64,000 bases of DNA from Scyliorhinus canicula (Eukaryota), in contig NC_052158.1 in assembly GCF_902713615.1 (NCBI RefSeq), positions 32,343,990 through 32,407,989 of the forward strand, written 5' to 3'. Within the stretch, counting starts at the first letter, position 1. Each line of letters opens with the position of its first letter. This document shows positions 56,937 to 64,000 of this stretch, piece by piece. The position numbers and the translations under genes are program-made. The notes below the pieces were generated by a model. That model made no database searches, was not told the origin of the DNA, and was given only the letters and a program-made list of their open reading frames with translations.

Positions 56937-59062
56937 TATCTCTTATAATCCTTTCCAAGACTTTTCCCACAACAGAAATAAGGCTCACTGGTCTACAGTT
57001 ACCGGAGTTGTCTCTACTCCCCTTCTTGAACAAGGGGACAACATTTGCTATCCTTCAGTCTTCTGGCACTATTCCTGCAGACAATGATGACATAAAGATC
57101 AAAGCCAAAGGCTCTACAATCTCCTCCCTAGTTTCACAGAGAATCCTAGGATAAATCCCATCCGGCCCAGGGGACTTATCTATTTTCACACTTTCCTGAA
57201 TTGCTAACACCTCCTCCTTATGAACCTCAATCCCGTCTAGTCTAGTAGCCTGTATCTCAGCATTCTCCTCGACAACATTGTCTATTTCCTGTGTGAATAC
57301 TGACAAAAAATATTCATTTAGTGCTTCTCCTATCTCCTTGGACTCCACACACAACTTCCCACTGCTGTCCTTGACTGGCCCTACTCTTACCCAAGTCATT
57401 CTTTTATTCCTGGCCTACCGATAGAAAACTTAAGGGTTTTCCTTCATCCAACCTGCTAAAGACTTCTCATATCGCCTCCTGGCTTTTCTTAGCTCTCTCT
57501 TTAGGACTTTCCTGGCTAACTTGTAACTCTCAAGCGCCCTAACTGAACCTTCATGTCTCATCTTTACATAAGCCTTCTCTTGACAAGTGATTCAACTACT
57601 TTAGAAACTACAGTTCCCTCGCTCAACCACTTCATCCCTGCCTGACAGGCACATACTTATCAAGGACACGCAGTAGCTGTTCCTTGAACAAGCTCCACAT
57701 TTCAATTGTGCCCGTCCCCTGCAGTTTCCTTCCCCATCCTATGCACCCTAAGTCTTGCCTAATCGCATCATAATTGCCTTTTCCCCAGCTACAAATCTTG
57801 CCCTGCGGTATATACCTATCCCTTTCCATCGCTAAAGTAAAAATAACCAAACTGTGGACACTATCACCAAAGTGCTCAGCTACCTCCAAATCTAACACCT
57901 GACCTGGTTCATGCCCCAGTACCAAATCCAATGTGGCCTCGCCTCTTGTTGGCCAATCTGCATAGTGTGTCAGGAAACCCTCCTGCACACATTGCACAAA
58001 AACTGACCCATCTAAAGTTCTCAAACTATAGCATTTCCAGTCAATATTTGGAAAGTTAGTCCCCCATAACAACTCCCATTACTTTCGCTCCTCTCCAGAA
58101 TTGACTTTGCAATCCTTTCCTCTTCATCTCTGGAACTTTCAGAAGCCGAAAGAAAACTCCCAACAGGGTGACCTCTCCTTTCCTGTTTCTAACCTCAGCC
58201 CATACTACCTCAGTAGACGAGTCCTCAACAAACGTCCTTTCTGCCACCGTCACACAGTCTTTGACTAACAATGCCACACCTCCCCCTCTTTTACCACCTT
58301 CCCTGAGCTTACTGTGACATCTGAACTCCGGATCCTGCAACAACCATTCCTGTCCCTGCTCTATCCATGTCTCCAAAATGGCCACAGCATCTAAGACCCA
58401 GGTACCAATCCATGCTGCAAGTTCACCTACCTTGTTCCGGATGCTCCTGGTGTTGAAGTAGACACACTTCAAACCACCTTCCTGCCTGCTGGTACACTCC
58501 TGCGACCTTGAAACCTTACTCATGACCTCACTACTCTCAACTTCCTGTATACTGGAGCTACAATTCAGGTTCCCACCCCCTGCTGAATTAGTATCAACCC
58601 TCCCGAAGGGCATTAGCAAATTTCCCCCCCAGTGTATTGGTATCCCTCTGGTCCAGGTGTAGACCATCCAGTTTGTACAGGTCCCACCTACCCCAGAATG
58701 AGCCCCAATAGTCCAGGTATATGAATCCCTCCCTCCTGCACCATCCCTGTAGTCATGTGTTCAACTGCTCTCTCTCCCTATTCCTCGTCTCACGAGCACG
58801 TGGCGCGGGTAACAACCCCGAGATAATAACTCTTTGTTCTAGCTCTAAGTTTCCATCCTAGCTCCCTGAATTCCTGCCTTACAACTCCATCCCTTTTCAT
58901 ACCTATGTCGTTGATGCCGATGTGGACCACGACTTGGGGCTGCTCGCCCTCCCCCTTAAGGATTCCGAAAACACGATCCGAGACATCACGGACCCTGGCA
59001 CCTGGGAGGCAACACACCAACCGCAAATCTCTCTCGTTCTCAGAGAATCCCCCATCTGTCAG

Positions 59063-59404
59063 GGGCAGCGCGGTAGCATGGTGGTTAGCATAAATGCTTC
59101 ACAGCTCCAGGGTCCCAGGTTCGATTCCCGGCTGGGTCACTGTCTGTGTGGAGTCTGCACGTCCTCCCCGTGTGTGCGTGGGTTTCCTCCGGGTGCTCCG
59201 ATTTCCTCCCACAGTCCAAAGATGTGTGGGTTAGGTGGATTGGCCATGCCAAATTTCCCGTAGTGTCCTAATAGTAAGGTTAAGGGGGGGAGTTGTTGGG
59301 TACGGGTATAGGGTGGATGCGTGGGTTTGGGTAGGGTGATCATTGCTCGGCACAACATCGAGGGCTGAAGGGCCTGTTCTGTGCTGTACTGTTCTATGTT
59401 CTAT
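59063..59404 (+). mobile_element. HE1-type SINE inside CR1 ORF1
   Basis: Head, core and GTTCTAT tail; CR1 continues on both sides. Confidence 0.92.
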
Positions 59405-60679
59405 GTCCCCCTAACTATGGAGTCCCCAATGACTAATGCTCTACTCCTCTCCCCCCCTTCCCTTCTGAGCAATAGGGACAGACTCTGTGCCAGAGACCTG
59501 TACCCCATAGCTTACCCCTCAATGACTGGTCCATATACCCTAACATATAGAGAGAGAAAGAGTGAGAGAGAGAGTTTGAACTCAATTCTCCCTTCAAATA
59601 TGTATGAATGTAAATACATGTGTTTTACCATTTCTTGCACGGAGTAATTAATAAGCTCACTCTATCTTCAACTGAAGGAAGTCTGGTTAAATTGGCTCCT
59701 TGTGAAACATAACCTTTGCCCAGATACCAATAATCAAAATGTAAAAGGGATCGTTTTAGATTAAATCTTGTTGAGACCAACTGAGGGGATGGAATAAAGA
59801 CAGGGAGCCAGTTTGTTCCTCCTGCTCCGGGACTGTAACACTTTGGGAGTGTCCCTGCCAGACTGTGACAAAGTCAGGAGTCCAGCCCGGATTAACAACT
59901 TTGCGGAACCTGGATTGAGCTGCAATATTCCTGATCAGTGTGTTAGTTATTATTGTTTTATTAATTATTAAACTTAGTCTTTCTTTGATTGAAGAAAGTC
60001 TGGTTCAATGGGGCCATCTAAAAAGTAAATATGTTTGGACTAGGAAATAGTATCCAGAGGGGAAAGGATCACTTTTAAATTAACCTTGTTTTGACCAACC
60101 AAGGGGAGTGTGAATAAAGAAGGGGAGACAGCGAGTGCCTCCTCACCTGGGGTCATAACAAATTGGGGTCCCGTTCTGAAAGTTACATTGACTGATTCCT
60201 CTTGGAGATATTTGTGTCCATGCTGATTAGCTCTTAAATTTGATAGTCTGGCCACCGCACCCTGGACGTTCAGAGGAGCAGAAGCAAAGATCATGAGGCA
60301 AGATGACCAGCATTGAACTTTTAAGAAGACAATGAAAGTCTGGAAGGTTTCGCGAATGGTGCAACTGTTGTGTGATATGCATGACTTCACCAGGAAGAAA
60401 ATAAGTTCAATGGAGACAGCACGGCTTCAATCTTATTTGTAGACAGTGAAAGTTTGGATGATTAGCAGGATACAGCGCAGAATCCGTACGGACCTGATAG
60501 ACTTTGACAAATGCAAAATGAGGCTTTGTGTGAAAGGGCAGAGAGGTTACCACTAAACATGATGGGTGAAATCATCAAAGCTTTACCAACAGGAAAAACA
60601 GTTCAGACCAATATTCTTATTTCCCTGTTTTACTGATGTTCCATTGGAAAGTACACAAGACCAGTTCATTTAAACATTT

Positions 60680-60870
60680 TTTTTAGAGTACCCAATACAT
60701 TTTTTCAAATTAAGGAGCAATTTAGCGTGTTCAATCCACCTAACCTGCACATTTTGGGGTTTTGGGCGCGAAACCCAGGCAAACACGGGTCAAATGTGCA
60801 AACTCCACACGGACAGTGACCCAGAGCCGGGAGCGAAGCTGGGACCTCAGCGCCGTGGGACTGCAGTGCT
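60680..60870 (-). mobile_element. Diverged HE1-type SINE fragment
   Basis: Reverse-complement core and head. Confidence 0.7.
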
Positions 60871-61489
60871 AATGCACACAAACCAGTTCAGACCAGTTTT
60901 TCCCTGTTTTACTGGTGTTACATTGTAAAGTGTACCCTGACAGCTCAGACCTGTATTCGTTTTGCAGCAGACCGTGCACCCTTGCACGGTTTCCTGGCAG
61001 TGTGTGGTGGCTTGAATGGGAAATCCCATTGACAAGCGATGGGTGTATTGAATCCTTCCACCAGCGAAAGGCGAGTCACCGAGAAACACAAGGTTGGGGA
61101 TCCCAGTTTTACTGATATTCCATTTTAAAGTGTACAAGATCAGTTCAGAGCAATAATCTTAATTCCCCATTTTGCTGTTTTTACTTCTGGGCTGGAAAAT
61201 AAATCAATGAAGAGCAATTCCAATAGATAGGAAAATATATAGAGATGACTTACGAATGTGAAAATCAAACAGAAGATTAAAGCAGGAATTGGAGCATTAG
61301 TTAGTGTGCAGAAGTGATTTATTCAGTGTCAGTGCAACACGTTACCTGACAAACAGTGTGACATGAAGCTGTTTATACACCTTAAAGTGTAAGAAACATT
61401 TTCAGATGTTCAAGGCACTGACTTATTCTCCATGGAACAACTAACTTGAAGACAATTACAATGTTAACTGTCAGAGGGAGGAGAATCAC

Positions 61490-61835
61490 AGAATCCCTTC
61501 AGTGCAGAAAGAGGTAATTTGGCCCCTCGAGTCTGCACCGACGAGCTGAAAGAGCACCCTTACCTAAGCCCACTCCCCTGCCCTCTCCTCATAACACCAC
61601 CTAACCTTTGTATAATTTATCATGGCCAATTCACCGAACTTGCAGATCTTTGGACTGTGAGAGGAAGCCAGAGCACGCGGAGGAAACCCACGCAGAGACG
61701 GGAAGAAAGTGCAAACTCCACACAGACACAAGGAGAACGTACAGACTCCGCACAGACAGTGACCCAAGTTCAGAATTAAATCTGGCTTCCTGGCACTGTG
61801 AGGCAGCAGTGCTAACCACTGTGCCACCGTGCCGC
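61490..61835 (-). mobile_element. HE1-type SINE with a short internal duplication
   Basis: Core with a repeated gcaaactccacacagac / acagactccgcacagac segment. Confidence 0.8.
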
Positions 61836-61950
61836 CAAAAAGGAATTTTGGGTTTGAATAATTGTAGACAAAGGAGATATAATAATTAATAAGAACTATC
61901 TACAATCTGGATAAAGGTCAAGGGAGAGCTGGGGATTCTTTCAAGTCCAT

Positions 61951-62131
61951 GGGTGTGATTCTCTGTCAGCGGGATTCTCCGCTTCACTGGCAATGCACCC
62001 ACAACAACGGGTTTCCCGACGGCGTGGGCTGGCCACAATGGAAAACCCCATTGGCCGCCTGTGGGAATGGGACTCCTGCTGCCGGTGGAAGCGCTCCAGA
62101 AAACGGGCTGGCGGGACGGAGAATCCCGCCC
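61951..62131. mobile_element. Short Harbinger-like MITE
   Basis: 13-bp TIR GGGTGTGATTCTC / GAGAATCCCGCCC with 3-bp TSD CAT. A second copy at 62332-62527 has TSD ATA. Confidence 0.7.
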
Positions 62132-64000
62132 CATATATTTTCTATGGCTGAATTGCCATAGAGGCTAAAGCAAATAATTATCCCTCAAACGATATACAGG
62201 CTAGGTTGGGTTATGGTGTTAGGATGGGGGAGTGGGCCGAGGTGGGGTGCTCTTTCAGATGGTCGCTGCAGACTCAATGGGCCGAATGGCGTTCTTTTGC
62301 CTGTAGAGACTCTATGGATTCTTTGGATATATGCCGGAATTCTCCGGCCATTCCCTGATGGTGGGATTCTCTGCCACCACTAGCAGTGTACCCCTCCCAC
62401 AGGTTTTCCAATGGCATTGGGTGGCCTCTATGAGAATTCCCATTGACCGTGGCAGGACCAGAGAATCTTCCCGCAATCGAATCAGGCTACCAGGAAACAC
62501 GCAGCTGGGAGCCCGAGAACCCCGCCCATAATCTGGTGTTCTATTTGAATATAGTATATGCATAATACACAAAAAATTAGCAGCACTCCTGTAAAAGAAT
62601 AAGAAGTTACGGAAATGAGTTTATACTTTAGAAATAACTATGTTGGTCAAAGGTGAGTTATGAGAATTCATGAAGAATATTTCCTTCTCAAATGTGGGGA
62701 GAACTGTAAGAAATAGGGGACTTCAGAAATGGTGTTTTTTAGAACTGTGCAGAATTCGCATGGATTTCTCCATCCTGACTGACCTCTCTCCCTCTCAGAA
62801 TAAAAAGAACAATTCTAAAGAATCAGTGACTAAGACAGAATACAGATAAAGGTCACAAGGATTGCACTCTGCGATGAGGGCACAAGACTCTACAAATATT
62901 CCTCAACAAATAGAAAAGGGCCTTTTGATGACCAGCATAATCAAGACAAGGTGAACAGTGTCGGGAGGTGAGGACCCTGACATCTTAGATACCGGTCCTG
63001 TATCCATTGGTCAGATGGGTTTGAGCAGGTGATTGAAACTGGGCAAACTACATCAGCCCGAGAAATAAAATATGCCAATGTCTCCTCGTCAGTGGTCCTT
63101 GTCCTTCGAGGGAAGTTGGGCCGGGGAGAAGGACAAAATCCAAGAGAAGAGTTCTCTAACACTTAGACTGGAGAGAAGGATGCTGTTATCCCACATGAAC
63201 ATCCTTTGTAAGAGATGTCCGTTTGTGCTCTGGGATCAATGAATTGCTCCTCATTGTCATGTGTTTATTAACATTTCCTGTCAATTGTGTTAATGCACGA
63301 GATCCAAACTGTTGCTTCTTCATAAACTTCCATAAAATTACTTAGGAATATTGGACTGTCTATCTTATATTATCTGCAGCTCCAGAACCCAAAATGATGC
63401 AAATCGGTGAAATGGGAAAATATTCAGCAACGGAATCTGATGCAGAAGGTGCTTTAAGTGATGTATTTTGTAAGCAAGGATGAGAAGAGATAATAGAAAC
63501 CCAACAGTGCAGGTTTAAAGGGATTGCAGGGACAGAGAGATCTGAGTCTGTGCTTTATAAAATTAATTTACAGGTTCATCGGCATGGTTGCATAGCGGTT
63601 AGTACTGATTCCTCACCGTGCAAGGGGCCTGGGTTCAATAGGTACACCCACTGTACTGTTCGGAAGGGTGTTCCAAGATTTCGACCCAGCGACAGTGAAG
63701 GAACAGCAATATATTTTGTGATGACTGGTTGATGTTCGGAAATTGGATCGAAGATGGGTGGTCAAATTAGGGGCTAACAGCTTGAGGGTAAAACTGCTAG
63801 CACTAAGCCAGAGGTACACGGCCACACCTGGCCTGAGTTACATTGTCTCATTCAAACTTAACCTCTTTAATGACAATAAACAGGATACCTCTGTTCAACC
63901 TGGGTGATTCATTCAAGATCCATTGTCCTATTGAGGAATTGAACAAAGATGGGATAATTAGTTAGGATGATGTAGAACCGGGTATAGGAGCCAGAGAGTA

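Larger units (their letters stand above)
49168..59520 (-). mobile_element. Near full-length CR1/HER1-type LINE split by four nested insertions
   Basis: ORF1 esterase-like piece (CCLPGARVRDV...HIGINDIG, 58790-59026), APE endonuclease (58056-58667), and RT pieces at 57055-57399, 55761-56240, 52376-52463 and 49497-49835. The 3' tail near 49170 is shared with HE1. Pieces are collinear across the inserts. Confidence 0.9.

Noticed and set aside
62780-63210. Possible exon of a second host gene after a pyrimidine tract and AG at 62798
   Set aside because: All three frames stop within about 50 nt, and no domain is recognisable.
59640-64000. Possible very old ERV (LTR-like 59640-60160, Pro-tRNA-like PBS at ~60163, gag/protease remnants)
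   Set aside because: Only weak motif resemblance and no confident reading frame; needs a profile search.
36100-64000. A second MHC or antigen-processing gene upstream
   Set aside because: No class I, class II, TAP, PSMB or tapasin-like exon was recognised on either strand.

Overview
Vertebrate genomic DNA, almost certainly from an elasmobranch (catshark-like). The evidence is many HE1-type tRNA-derived SINEs and CR1/HER1-type LINEs. The one host gene I can support is a complete MHC class I heavy-chain gene on the minus strand, rebuilt by hand from seven coding exons: 35847-35799 leader, 31837-31577 alpha1, 31064-30792 alpha2, 21348-21085 alpha3, 10259-10152 TM, 9739-9707 and 9429-9383 cytoplasmic. 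All introns are GT-AG and phase 1, giving 1035 nt / 344 aa with no internal stop. An S-X-Y promoter module with canonical spacing lies upstream. Two of the eight canonical peptide-anchoring residues are substituted (Y59S, T143I), suggesting a non-classical member of the classical-type lineage. Intron 3 (9.4 kb) is about 99% a tandem array whose ~27-bp unit is a copy of the exon 3 end plus its own splice donor. The rest of the window is transposon-rich: a FLYWCH-bearing Mutator (Phantom-like) element with a 9-bp TSD, an internally deleted Gypsy element, and a near full-length CR1. That CR1 carries a nested L1-clade LINE and a 5'-truncated endogenous retrovirus with an intact 460-aa env ORF. Several MITEs, solo LTRs and minisatellites are also present. 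All calls are by eye, without database searches.
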